From contig JBPCMK010000103.1 in the NCBI GenBank assembly GCA_051002375.1, forward strand, positions 1,756 through 65,755: 64,000 nucleotides of DNA. The letters run 5' to 3'. A program made the position numbers and the translations under genes. Each line of letters begins with the position of its first letter. The first letter of the stretch is position 1. Below, piece after piece: positions 53,488 through 62,352 of this stretch. The notes below the pieces were generated by a model. It was not told where the DNA came from and did not search any database. It saw only the letters and a program-made list of their open reading frames with translations. Origin of the DNA: Pyrinomonadaceae bacterium. Lineage in GTDB: Bacteria; Acidobacteriota; Blastocatellia; Pyrinomonadales; Pyrinomonadaceae.

Positions 53488-55293
53488 ATGAGCAAAGTTA
53501 TCGGAATAGATTTAGGCACGACCAACTGCTGCGTCTCGGTTTTGGAAGGCGGCGCGGTGCAGATTATCTCGAATAAAGAGGGCGGCAGAACCACGCCGTC
53601 GGTCGTCGGTTTTACGGAAAAAGACGAGCGGCTCGTCGGGCAAATCGCCAAACGCCAAGCCGTTACGAATCCGGCAAATACGCTGTTCGCCGTCAAACGG
53701 CTGATCGGTCGAAAATTCAATTCGCCGGAAGTCGAGAAGATGCGCGAGAACGTGCCGTTCGATATTGTCGAAGCACCGAACGGCGACGCGCACATCCGCG
53801 TTCTCGACCGCACATACAGCCCGCCGGAAATTTCGGCGATTGTTTTGCAGCGTCTGAAACTCGCGGCGGAAGAATTTTTGGGCGACAAAGTTACCGAAGC
53901 GATCATCACCGTTCCGGCGTATTTCGACGACGCGCAAAGACAGGCGACGCGCGACGCGGGCAAAATCGCCGGTCTCGAAGTCGAGCGCATTATTAACGAG
54001 CCGACGGCTGCCGCGCTTGCCTACGGTTTCGACAAACAAAAAAGCGAGCGCGTCGTGGTTTATGATTTGGGCGGCGGCACGTTCGACGTTTCAATTCTGG
54101 AAATTCACGACGGTGTATTTGAAGTTCTCTCCACGTCCGGCAATACATTTTTAGGCGGCGAGGATTTTGACCAGCGAATTATTAATTGGCTGGTCGGCAA
54201 TTTCAAAATCGAAAACAGCATTGATTTAAAGGACGACCGTCTCGCTCTTCAGCGTTTAAAGGAAGCGGCGGAACGCGCCAAATGCGAATTGTCTTCGGTT
54301 CTGGAAACGACCGTCAATCTGCCGTTCATCGCGGCGGACGCAAGCGGACCGAAACACATCAACACGGTTTTGACGAGGGCGAAATTTGAAGAACTCGTGC
54401 AGGATTTGGTCGAGTTATCGGTCGAGCCGTGCCAAAAAGCTCTCTGGGACGCGAAACTCGAACCGACGGATATTGACAAAGTTATTCTCGTCGGCGGACA
54501 GACGCGCTCGCCGATTATCACCCGGACGGTCGCGGAAGTTTTCGGAAAAGAACCTTCGGCGGAAATCAACCCGGACGAAGTGGTGGCGATGGGCGCGGCG
54601 ATTCAAGGCGGCGTTTTGACGGGCGATGTGAAAGACATCGTTTTGCTCGACGTTTTGCCTTTGAGTTTAGGACTAGAAACGCGCGGCGGTTTGTTCGTCA
54701 AACTCATCTCGCGCAACTCGACGATTCCGCTCAAAAATACGATGACTTTTACGACCGTTACGGATAATCAATCAACGGTCGAAATCCACATTCTGCAAGG
54801 CGAGCGCGAAGTAGCGAGCGGCAACCGAAGTCTCGGTAAATTTGATCTCGTCGGCATTCCGTCCGCGCCGCGCGGCGTTCCGCAAATTGACGTTTCGTTT
54901 GAAATTGATGCGAACGGAATCGTCAATGTTTCCGCGCTCGATAAAATGACCGGCTTTGAACAAGCGATGCAGATTACGCCTTCCTCCGGTCTCGCGCCCG
55001 ACGAAATCGAACATCTGATTATGGAAGCCGAACATTCCATCGAAAAAGACCGCGCCGCGAAAGAATTAATTATGCAACGCAACCGGCTCGATTCGCTGAT
55101 TAAAAACACGCGCAAGACATTAGTCGAATATAGAGATGCGCTTCCGCCCGAACAAAGAGAAGCCATCGAAGCAATTTTATCGCAAGCCGAAGAAGGCTTG
55201 AAATCGGATAACGGCGGCGAAGTGCAGGCGATTTATTCAAACGTGGAATTTGCTGCCAATCAATTAACCGAATCCTTGATGGCGGTAGTTTAA
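53488..55293 (+). CDS. dnaK: molecular chaperone DnaK (Hsp70)
   Basis: [44 protein letters not shown] and [15 protein letters not shown]. 601 aa, with a somewhat short C-terminal lid. Confidence 0.93.
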   Translation: MSKVIGIDLGTTNCCVSVLEGGAVQIISNKEGGRTTPSVVGFTEKDERLVGQIAKRQAVTNPANTLFAVKRLIGRKFNSPEVEKMRENVPFDIVEAPNGDAHIRVLDRTYSPPEISAIVLQRLKLAAEEFLGDKVTEAIITVPAYFDDAQRQATRDAGKIAGLEVERIINEPTAAALAYGFDKQKSERVVVYDLGGGTFDVSILEIHDGVFEVLSTSGNTFLGGEDFDQRIINWLVGNFKIENSIDLKDDRLALQRLKEAAERAKCELSSVLETTVNLPFIAADASGPKHINTVLTRAKFEELVQDLVELSVEPCQKALWDAKLEPTDIDKVILVGGQTRSPIITRTVAEVFGKEPSAEINPDEVVAMGAAIQGGVLTGDVKDIVLLDVLPLSLGLETRGGLFVKLISRNSTIPLKNTMTFTTVTDNQSTVEIHILQGEREVASGNRSLGKFDLVGIPSAPRGVPQIDVSFEIDANGIVNVSALDKMTGFEQAMQITPSSGLAPDEIEHLIMEAEHSIEKDRAAKELIMQRNRLDSLIKNTRKTLVEYRDALPPEQREAIEAILSQAEEGLKSDNGGEVQAIYSNVEFAANQLTESLMAVV

Positions 55294-55302
55294 AAACATA
55301 CC

Positions 55303-55376
55303 AGCCGCGAAAAGGCGCAAAATACGTAAAAGATTTTCTGTTTTTCTTTTTGCGTATTTTGCGCCTTTTCGCGGCT
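55303..55376. terminator. perfect 24-bp-arm palindrome; bidirectional terminator candidate
   Basis: 55303-55326 agccgcgaaaaggcgcaaaatacg is the exact reverse complement of 55353-55376. 26-nt T-rich loop. Lies between the convergent dnaK and BNR-protein genes. Confidence 0.8.
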
Positions 55377-55394
55377 ATACTTTTTTATTTCGAG

Positions 55395-58300
55395 TTATCG
55401 AACGAAGGCGTTCGGAATCGGAGAATCGCCGTTCGCGCCGAAAGCGAGCGAAGCGTTTTGATTATTTGACGAATTTAACCGATACCAGCCGCCGTTCGAC
55501 GGACGGAAAACGCATACGTCCGCCTTGCCGTCGCCGTCGTAATCCGCCGGAGTCGGCAAATCACTTCCCGCGCCATACGCGATTCCCGTAAATCCGAGCT
55601 GACTTCTCTGGATATACCAAGTTCCGGTTGACGGACGAAAGACTGCAACATCGGCTTTCCCGTCGCCGTCGTAATCCGCCGGAACGCACGTATCGTTTGC
55701 GTCGCCGAATTGAACTCCGGTAAAACCGAGATTGCTTCTGAGCAGATACCAGATTCCGCTCGACGGGCGAAAGACCGCGACATCGGTTTTGCCGTCGCCA
55801 TCGTAGTCTGCCGCAACAGGACGGTCGCCGGTTTGTCCGAAGGAAACGCCGGTGAATCCGAGCAGACTTCTCTGCATATACCACGCGCCGGTTGACGGAC
55901 GGAACACCGCGACATCGGTTTTGCCGTCGCCGTCGTAATCGGCTGGAACGGGAATGTCGTCGCTTGCCCCGAAAGCGATTCCGGTGAAACCGTCGCGGCT
56001 TCTCTGAATATACCAAGTGCCGTTTCGGAAGACGGCTAAATCGGTTTTACCGTCGCCGTCATAATCGCCGGGAACGATTTTATCGGTTGATAACCCGAAA
56101 CTCGCGCCTGTAAATCCGGCGGTTGATTGATTCAAATACCAGGTTCCGTTCGACGGTCGAAAGACCGATTCGTCCGCCTTGCCGTCGCCGTCAAAATCGA
56201 ATTGCGTGCGGGCGTTCGTCGCGTTCAAGTTTATCTCATACAATCCGCGCCCGTAACTTGCCGCCTGCATCAATCCGCTCGGTTGCGAATCGAGTGCGCT
56301 GATAATCGTCGGCGGCATTCCGGTATTAAAAGTTTCCCAAGTGTTGCCGCCGACGGTCGAGCGAAAAACGCCGATGTCCGTTCCGATATAAAGCGTGTTG
56401 GCGTTGTTAGAGTCAATCAATAAAGTATTGGTTGGAACATTCGGCAGATTGCCGCTGATGTCCGTCCAATTCGCGCCCGCGTTTGTCGTTTTGAAAACAT
56501 GCCCCGAACCATAACCCGAAACCGTTAGAAAAGCCGTGTTCGAGTCGGTCGGACTAACGATTATTGATTTGATAAAGCGTGTCGGAAGTCCGGCAGTAAC
56601 GTCCGTCCAACTCGTGCCGCCGTTGCTGGTAGCCATTACTTTACCCTGCGCCGAACCTGTATAAAATATATTCGTGTTCGAGCGTCCGACACCGATTGCC
56701 GAAAGAGTATCACCGCCGCCATTCGTCAAATCCTGCGCTCCCCCCGGCGTATTCCAACTCGCGCCGCGGTCGGTGCTGACGTAAAGACGATAAGTCCCGA
56801 AATACAAATTTGAATTTAAACCGTTGCCGACAAACGGCGGATAAAATGCCACGCGGTCGCTGGCAAAAACGGTGTTGCTGCCAATTTGTCCGTTATAACT
56901 ATCGCCGTTGTTCGTGTAGCGATAGACCGTATTATTGACGTAAGTTACAAAAACGATGCTTGGGTCAATCACATCAATGATTGTTTGTCCGCCGTCGCCT
57001 GCCGCAAATTCGCGCCAGCTTTGCGCTCCGGTGCGCTTTTGCGTTCCGTTGTCCTGCGTTCCGCCATAGCTAATCGCGGCATTGGTCGGGTGCATATCGA
57101 GACTCGTGAACATCGTCAAATTAAGACTAGCGTTCAGCGATTGAAATGTGTTTGCTCCGTCCGTCGAACGCCATAAACCGCCGTCGTTGGCGACATACAT
57201 CGTCGTCGGATTCGTCGGAGAAATATAAAAATGATGCTGGTCGGGATGCGCTCTGGCTTGAGTCGGAGTGTATCCGCCGGCGATTGTAAAATTATTTGTA
57301 ATGTTCGTGTATGTCGTGCCGCCGTCGAGACTGCGCCATAAATCGCGCGTGCCGACAAAAATTTGATTCGGGTCGGTCGGATGAACGAACAAGTAACAAT
57401 CGTAGCCAAATTGCGCGGTGTCGAAAGCCGAGCCGTGATTCGTCCACGTCGCGCCGCCGTCGGTGCTTGTTTCGATCTGCGCCGTCGTGCCGCTTCCGAC
57501 TAAGACGTAAAGATTCGACGGCGCGGCGGGCGAGACGGCGATTTTAATATTTGAAGTTGACGCAAAAGGCGAAGTGTAAATTCGAGTCCAGGTCGCGCCC
57601 GCGTCAACGGATTTGAAAATGCCGCCGGTCGAACTGCCGACACCGCTGTCATTTCTTTTCGTCGCCTGATAAAGCGTATTCGGCTGCGTCGGATGCCTCA
57701 CCAAATCGGTCGGCAAACCGCTTAATGTTTTTGTCCAATTAACGCCGCCGTCGGTTGAAAACCAAAATCCGCTCGAAAAATTCGTGCTGCCAGACCGATG
57801 AGCGAATTGAACGACATAGACACGATTGGCATCGTTCGGGTCAACCTCGATTCTGGCGATAGTTCCCGGCGCGGGCAAAGTCCCGTTGCTGATTCGCGTC
57901 CAGGACGATCCGCCGTCGGTTGATTTCAAAACGCCCGTGCCGAGATAACCGCCGTCGAGGTCGCCCATTCCGGCATAAACGATTGAATTATTGCTTGGCG
58001 CAAAAATGATTGACCCGACCGCCAAATCAACTTGGCTGTCGGAAGTCGGAGCGAACGTCGCGCCGCCGTCGGTCGAACGCCAAACGCCGCCCGTTGCCGC
58101 GCCGATTAAAATCAACTGCGGATTGGCAGGCGAAACGGCAACCGAGTTAATGCGCCCGCTCGTCAAGCCCCAGTTATTCGGAAAATAAGAATTTGTCGAA
58201 CGCGGTCCGATTGACTGCCATTGTTGCGCGAGCGGCGCGTTTTCGCCGAAAGCCGATTCAGGACGCGAGAGCCAAGCCTTTCGGCGAGCGTCAGCCGGCA

Positions 58301-58553
58301 ATTCGGAAAACGGATAAGTTCTCTGCGACATAAACCATTCCTGCCGTTTTTCCACGTCTCCCTCGAATTCATCTTCTTCCATCTTCGGCTGCGGAATCGG
58401 ACTCGATAATTCGCGCCGTTTTCGCCTGTTGATTTTTCTGTGTTTATGTTTTTTCTTGTGGGCTTTTTTCTTTGTAGTTTTTTTAACGGTTGGTTTCTCC
58501 GCCCGTTTAGTATCGGCTGATGCTGAAAGTGTGCCGCCGAAAAGCATCGCCAA
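55395..58553 (-). CDS. BNR/Asp-box beta-propeller protein with C-terminal FG-GAP/VCBS-like repeats; 5' signal-peptide region frameshifted
   Basis: At least 8 S-x-D-x-G-x-T-W-type boxes (RSTDGGATF, KSTDGGSSWTRI, STDGGVNWTKT, KSVDAGATWTRI...). Six repeats of DYDGDGKTDxAVFRPSxGxWY. The track ORF starts at an internal TTG 58553. See the 19-bp duplication finding. Confidence 0.85.
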   Translation of the reverse strand: MAMLFGGTLSASADTKRAEKPTVKKTTKKKAHKKKHKHRKINRRKRRELSSPIPQPKMEEDEFEGDVEKRQEWFMSQRTYPFSELPADARRKAWLSRPESAFGENAPLAQQWQSIGPRSTNSYFPNNWGLTSGRINSVAVSPANPQLILIGAATGGVWRSTDGGATFAPTSDSQVDLAVGSIIFAPSNNSIVYAGMGDLDGGYLGTGVLKSTDGGSSWTRISNGTLPAPGTIARIEVDPNDANRVYVVQFAHRSGSTNFSSGFWFSTDGGVNWTKTLSGLPTDLVRHPTQPNTLYQATKRNDSGVGSSTGGIFKSVDAGATWTRIYTSPFASTSNIKIAVSPAAPSNLYVLVGSGTTAQIETSTDGGATWTNHGSAFDTAQFGYDCYLFVHPTDPNQIFVGTRDLWRSLDGGTTYTNITNNFTIAGGYTPTQARAHPDQHHFYISPTNPTTMYVANDGGLWRSTDGANTFQSLNASLNLTMFTSLDMHPTNAAISYGGTQDNGTQKRTGAQSWREFAAGDGGQTIIDVIDPSIVFVTYVNNTVYRYTNNGDSYNGQIGSNTVFASDRVAFYPPFVGNGLNSNLYFGTYRLYVSTDRGASWNTPGGAQDLTNGGGDTLSAIGVGRSNTNIFYTGSAQGKVMATSNGGTSWTDVTAGLPTRFIKSIIVSPTDSNTAFLTVSGYGSGHVFKTTNAGANWTDISGNLPNVPTNTLLIDSNNANTLYIGTDIGVFRSTVGGNTWETFNTGMPPTIISALDSQPSGLMQAASYGRGLYEINLNATNARTQFDFDGDGKADESVFRPSNGTWYLNQSTAGFTGASFGLSTDKIVPGDYDGDGKTDLAVFRNGTWYIQRSRDGFTGIAFGASDDIPVPADYDGDGKTDVAVFRPSTGAWYMQRSLLGFTGVSFGQTGDRPVAADYDGDGKTDVAVFRPSSGIWYLLRSNLGFTGVQFGDANDTCVPADYDGDGKADVAVFRPSTGTWYIQRSQLGFTGIAYGAGSDLPTPADYDGDGKADVCVFRPSNGGWYRLNSSNNQNASLAFGANGDSPIPNAFVR

Positions 58554-58591
58554 TGTTAAAACTAATACGGAATGTTAAAACTAATACGGAA
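58552..58591. repeat. perfect 19-bp tandem duplication (2.1 copies)
   Basis: 58553-58571 and 58572-58590 are both atgttaaaactaatacgga. Period-19 identity extends over 58552-58591. Confidence 0.97.
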
Positions 58592-58802
58592 AGTAAAATA
58601 AAAATTTTACGCGAACGGAAAGAATCTTCTTTTTTCATAATCGAATGTTTTTGCTTAAAAGATAAATCTCAAGCGTCTGGATTAACGGATAGTTTAGATT
58701 TGACGGGGACGTAACGATAGATTCTAAACGGAATTCGATAGTAGATCAACTTGAAACCGAGAATTTTGAGGCTTTTTTTTATTTTTTAATACATTCTTAA
58801 CA

Positions 58803-58840
58803 CAAATAAAAAAGCGAAAGATTTGACACTTTCGCTTTTT
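58803..58840 (-). terminator. intrinsic terminator of csbD-like gene
   Basis: aaaaagcgaaag (58809-58820) pairs perfectly with ctttcgcttttt (58829-58840). A T-run follows on the minus strand. Confidence 0.8.
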
Positions 58841-58865
58841 TATTTTAATCGTCGTTTGATTTTTA

Positions 58866-59078
58866 TTACTCTTTGATAGCGTCGCCGACCGCATTAACCG
58901 CATCGCCGACACCGTGTTTGACTTTGCCCCAAGTTTCCTGCGTTTTGCCGGACGCTTGGTCGGCTTCGCCTTCCGCTTTCAGATTTTCATTGTCGGTTAA
59001 ATCTCCGACGGCTTCTTTGACTTTTCCTTTGACGTTATCAACTTTTCCTTGGACTTCATCTTTATTCGGCATTGACAT
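58866..59078 (-). CDS. csbD: CsbD-family stress response protein
   Basis: 70 aa. KDEVQGKVDNVKGKVKEAVGDLTDNENLKAEGEADQASGKTQETWGKVKH is the CsbD repeat pattern. Confidence 0.88.
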   Translation of the reverse strand: MSMPNKDEVQGKVDNVKGKVKEAVGDLTDNENLKAEGEADQASGKTQETWGKVKHGVGDAVNAVGDAIKE

Positions 59079-59157
59079 AATTTTTGTCTCCTTTTAATTC
59101 TAATTTTGCGTATCATTTCAAAACACAAAAAAATTAAGAGCAATTTATATTCCTCAA

Positions 59158-59185
59158 CCAATCCGAAATCCCAAATCCGAAATCG
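59158..59185. repeat. tandem heptamer AAATCCN x4
   Basis: caatccg aaatccc aaatccg aaatcgg, immediately 3' of the ETF-QO stop codon. Confidence 0.9.
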
Positions 59186-59187
59186 GT

Positions 59188-60900
59188 TCACATTCCTTTA
59201 TAATTCGGACCGCCGCCGCCTTCGGGCGTAACCCAATTGATAATTTGATACGGGTCGGCGATGTCGCAGGTTTTGCAGTGAACGCAGTTCGAGAAATTTA
59301 CCTTTATCTCGCGTCGTCCGGTTTTTGAATTCTCTTCCATTTCATACACGGCAGCCGGACAAAATCTTTGACACGGATTGCCGTATTCTTCGGCGCAGCG
59401 CGTCGCGCAGATTTCTGTGTCGAAAATATGCAGATGCGAAGGCTGGTCTTCCTCGTGCGCGACCGCGCCGTGATAAACGTCGGTTACTTTGTCAAAAGTT
59501 AATTGATTATCGAATTTCAAATCGGGATAACGCTGAACAATCGCATCGCCTTTGTAATCATATTCGTCGAGTTTTTCCATTCGCTCGTGTCCGGCGACGT
59601 GGTATTCCATCGGCATATAACCCCACGCGAGTCCGCCGGTCAAAAACTGCAAACCCGTGTTGAGAAGTGCTGCCCAGCGACCGCGCTGAAAGGAAGCGTG
59701 AAAATTTCTGACCGGATAAAGCTCATCGTAAATCCAGCTCGCGTTGATTTTTTCTTCATAATGCCGCAGCGTTTTCGTCGTGAAATCTTCGTGGTCGAAC
59801 GCGCTGACAATCGTTTCCGCCGCGAGCATTCCAGACTTCATCGCCGTATGAATTCCTTTGATGCGCTGCCCGTTCAAAAACGAAGCCGAATCGCCGACGA
59901 GCAACACGCCGTCCGCGAAAAGTTTCGGCATCGTGTGCCAGCCGCCCGCATTGATTGATTTCGCGCCGTATTTGAGCATCTTGCCGCCCGCGAGAATTGC
60001 GGCGACTTTCGGATGCGTTTTGAATTTTTGAAATTCGTGATGCGGATCAATCAGAGGGTCTTTGTAATCGAGTCCGGTAACATAGCCGATGCTGATGGCG
60101 TTATTCTTCATTCCGTAAATCCAACCGCCGCCGTAAGTCTGCGTGTCGGACGGAAAACCGAGCGTGTGTATGACGCGACCTTCTTCAAAATTTCCTGCCG
60201 GAACTTCCCACAATTCCTTCACGCCCAAAGAAAAAACTTGCGGCTCTTTGCCTTCGTTTAAATCCAATCGCTGCATTAATTGTTTCGTCAAAGAGCCGCG
60301 CGAACCTTCGCCTAAAACCGTAATTTTTGCCAAAAGGTCAACGCCCGGCTCGAAATTTTCTTTCGGCTTTCCTTCTTTATCAATTCCTTTATCGCCCGTG
60401 CGAACACCGACGACGCGCTCGTTTTCGTCGTAAATCATCTCCGCGCCCGGAAATTCGGGGAAAATATTTATTCCGGCTTCCTCGCATTTTTCGCCGAGCC
60501 ATTCGCAAATTTTGCTGAGCGAGACGATATACTTTCCGTGATTTCTAAGCGGCGGCGGCGTAATCGGCGATTCGATGGCGCGGTTTTCCGTCAGATACCA
60601 GAAAGCGTCGCTCTCGACCGTCGAATCAACCGGACAGCCTTGTTCGAGAAAGTTCGGCATCAACTCGCGCAGAGCAATCGGGTCCATCACCGCACCCGAC
60701 AAGATATGCGCTCCGACCGCCGCGCCTTTTTCGATGATGCCAATTTCGAGTTCGCCGATTTCCCTGCCCGCTTTTCTGCCTTTGGCGATGAGTTCGTCGT
60801 GTTCTTTTATCAGCTTTTTTAAATGAAGTGCCGCCGCCAGATTCGCCGGACCCGCGCCGACAAATACTACGTCCATTTCGAGTTGTTCGCGTTCAATCAT
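59188..60900 (-). CDS. electron transfer flavoprotein-ubiquinone oxidoreductase
   Basis: FAD motif DVVFVGAGPANLAAALHL. C-terminal 4Fe-4S block CPAAVYE...NCVHCKTCDI and the terminal GGGPNYKGM. Confidence 0.92.
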   Translation of the reverse strand: MIEREQLEMDVVFVGAGPANLAAALHLKKLIKEHDELIAKGRKAGREIGELEIGIIEKGAAVGAHILSGAVMDPIALRELMPNFLEQGCPVDSTVESDAFWYLTENRAIESPITPPPLRNHGKYIVSLSKICEWLGEKCEEAGINIFPEFPGAEMIYDENERVVGVRTGDKGIDKEGKPKENFEPGVDLLAKITVLGEGSRGSLTKQLMQRLDLNEGKEPQVFSLGVKELWEVPAGNFEEGRVIHTLGFPSDTQTYGGGWIYGMKNNAISIGYVTGLDYKDPLIDPHHEFQKFKTHPKVAAILAGGKMLKYGAKSINAGGWHTMPKLFADGVLLVGDSASFLNGQRIKGIHTAMKSGMLAAETIVSAFDHEDFTTKTLRHYEEKINASWIYDELYPVRNFHASFQRGRWAALLNTGLQFLTGGLAWGYMPMEYHVAGHERMEKLDEYDYKGDAIVQRYPDLKFDNQLTFDKVTDVYHGAVAHEEDQPSHLHIFDTEICATRCAEEYGNPCQRFCPAAVYEMEENSKTGRREIKVNFSNCVHCKTCDIADPYQIINWVTPEGGGGPNYKGM

Positions 60901-61036
60901 AGATTTATATTTTAAAATGAATAGTCATTCAGTTTTGAAAAGTATATCAAAAATAAATCCGCATTGCACAAAAGCAGATTCTCCGGCGGGTAAAAGTTTA
61001 GCGATGATTCAAAGTTTATATCACGATAAATAACTT

Positions 61037-61127
61037 TCGGAATAACTGATAAATGATAGCTGATAACTGATAGTTTCGGAGCGTCTTCAATTATCAATTA
61101 TTCGCTTTCAGCTATCATTTATTCCGA
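61037..61127. repeat. palindromic element built from ACTGATA/AATTATC heptamers (arms differ by one heptamer)
   Basis: Left tcggaataactgataaatgatagctg (61037-61062) versus the reverse complement of the right arm, tcggaataaatgatagctg (61109-61127). The inner part contains caattatcaattattc, identical to 50530-50545. Confidence 0.85.
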
Positions 61128-61178
61128 AATAAAATTCCGGGAATTAAATCTGAAGTTTGAAAATGCCGGTGATAAATT

Positions 61179-61631
61179 TCAGTTTGGTGCTTGATTGGCA
61201 GGAAAAGCATTTTCGTCAATTATCTCGCTTGACATCAATTTTTCTTTGTAGCTTTGTGGTAGAGAACGAACCTTTTTATTTTCGTCGGTTGCGAAATGAA
61301 GCGTCTCGCCTTCGGCAAGTAAAGTTTCGTCGGACGGGCGAAAGATTTCGTAAATGAATCTTAAAGAGCGACTGCGAATTTCTTCGACTTTCGTGCGGAT
61401 TGTCAAAACGTCTTCGTAATAAGCGGACGATTTGTAGCGGCAATAACTTTCGGCGACGACCATCAGCGCGTTGTCTTTTTCCTCCATTTCCTTGTAAGAA
61501 AAACCACGCGCCCGACAAAATTCGCTGCGCCCGACTTCAAACCAAATCAGATAGTTCGAGTTGTGGACAATTCCCATCTGGTCGGTTTCGGCGTAGCGCA
61601 CGCGGATTTCGGTTTCGTGCCAATCGCTCAT
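61179..61631 (-). CDS. acyl-CoA thioesterase, YbgC/4HBT family
   Basis: HETEIRVRYAETDQMGIVHNSNYLIWFEVGRSEF is the hotdog-fold YbgC signature. Confidence 0.88.
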   Translation of the reverse strand: MSDWHETEIRVRYAETDQMGIVHNSNYLIWFEVGRSEFCRARGFSYKEMEEKDNALMVVAESYCRYKSSAYYEDVLTIRTKVEEIRSRSLRFIYEIFRPSDETLLAEGETLHFATDENKKVRSLPQSYKEKLMSSEIIDENAFPANQAPN

Positions 61632-61638
61632 AAAAATT

Positions 61639-61712
61639 TGGCTGGGAGACAGGGATTCGAACCCCGATAGGCAGATCCAGAGACTGCAGTCCTACCATTA
61701 GACGATCTCCCA
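61639..61712 (-). tRNA. tRNA-Gln (anticodon CUG), CCA encoded
   Basis: The reverse complement folds as a cloverleaf. Acceptor TGGGAGA/TCTCCCA, D arm GTCT-AATGGTA-GGAC, anticodon arm GCAGT-CTCTGGA-TCTGC (one U-U), T arm CGGGG-TTCGAAT-CCCTG, discriminator G plus CCA. 74 nt. Confidence 0.88.
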
Positions 61713-61815
61713 ACAAAAGCTAAAATCTAATTTATGGACTGCTGCCAAACTTGTCAAATGATTTAATGATTTACAAACTTGCCTGCCGGAAAATTGAAAT
61801 GCAAAATAATAATTT

Positions 61816-62271
61816 ATGGCGGCAGACGAGAAAGACATTATCAATAATCGCCACGCTTTTTTCGAGTATCACATCGAGGATAAATACGAAGCCGGCATTG
61901 CTCTCGTCGGCACGGAAGTCAAAAGCGTGATGGTCGGACGGATTCAGTTAAAAGAATCTTACGTCGCGGTCAAAGACGGCGAAGTCTGGCTGCTTAACGC
62001 GCACATTTCGCCGTATTCGCACGGCAATCGAAACAATCACGAACCGCTTCGTTCGAGAAAACTTTTGCTGCATAGACGCGAAATCGAACGGCTCGAAAAG
62101 GAAACGACTCAGAAAGGAATGACGCTCGTCGTAACGAGAATTTACTGGAAAAACGGGCGCATCAAATTTGAAATCGGCGTGGCGAAAGGCAAAAAACTTT
62201 ACGACAAGCGCGAAGATTTAAAGTCGAAAACGATTGACCGCGAAACCCGCGCACAGATGAAAGAGCGGTAA
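61816..62271 (+). CDS. smpB: SsrA-binding protein SmpB
   Basis: NRHAFFEYHIEDKYEAGIALVGTEVKS...NAHISPYSHGN...RKLLLHRREI...GVAKGKKLYDKRE. Confidence 0.95.
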   Translation: MAADEKDIINNRHAFFEYHIEDKYEAGIALVGTEVKSVMVGRIQLKESYVAVKDGEVWLLNAHISPYSHGNRNNHEPLRSRKLLLHRREIERLEKETTQKGMTLVVTRIYWKNGRIKFEIGVAKGKKLYDKREDLKSKTIDRETRAQMKER

Positions 62272-62352
62272 AGTTGAAAGAAAATCCGAGTTAAGTTATA
62301 GTCAGAACAACTTTTTGCGGGAAAGTAAAATTATAAAAATCGAGGAACAAAA

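Noticed and set aside
53445-54039. 181-aa and 175-aa minus-strand ORFs
   Set aside because: Antisense to dnaK, a highly conserved gene. The composition is typical of shadow ORFs.
55475-56016. 146-aa and 151-aa minus-strand ORFs in alternative frames of the FG-GAP repeat region
   Set aside because: Same strand but out of frame with the long ORF. They are repeats of repeat-derived peptides, and the main frame shows the clear DYDGDGKTD motif.
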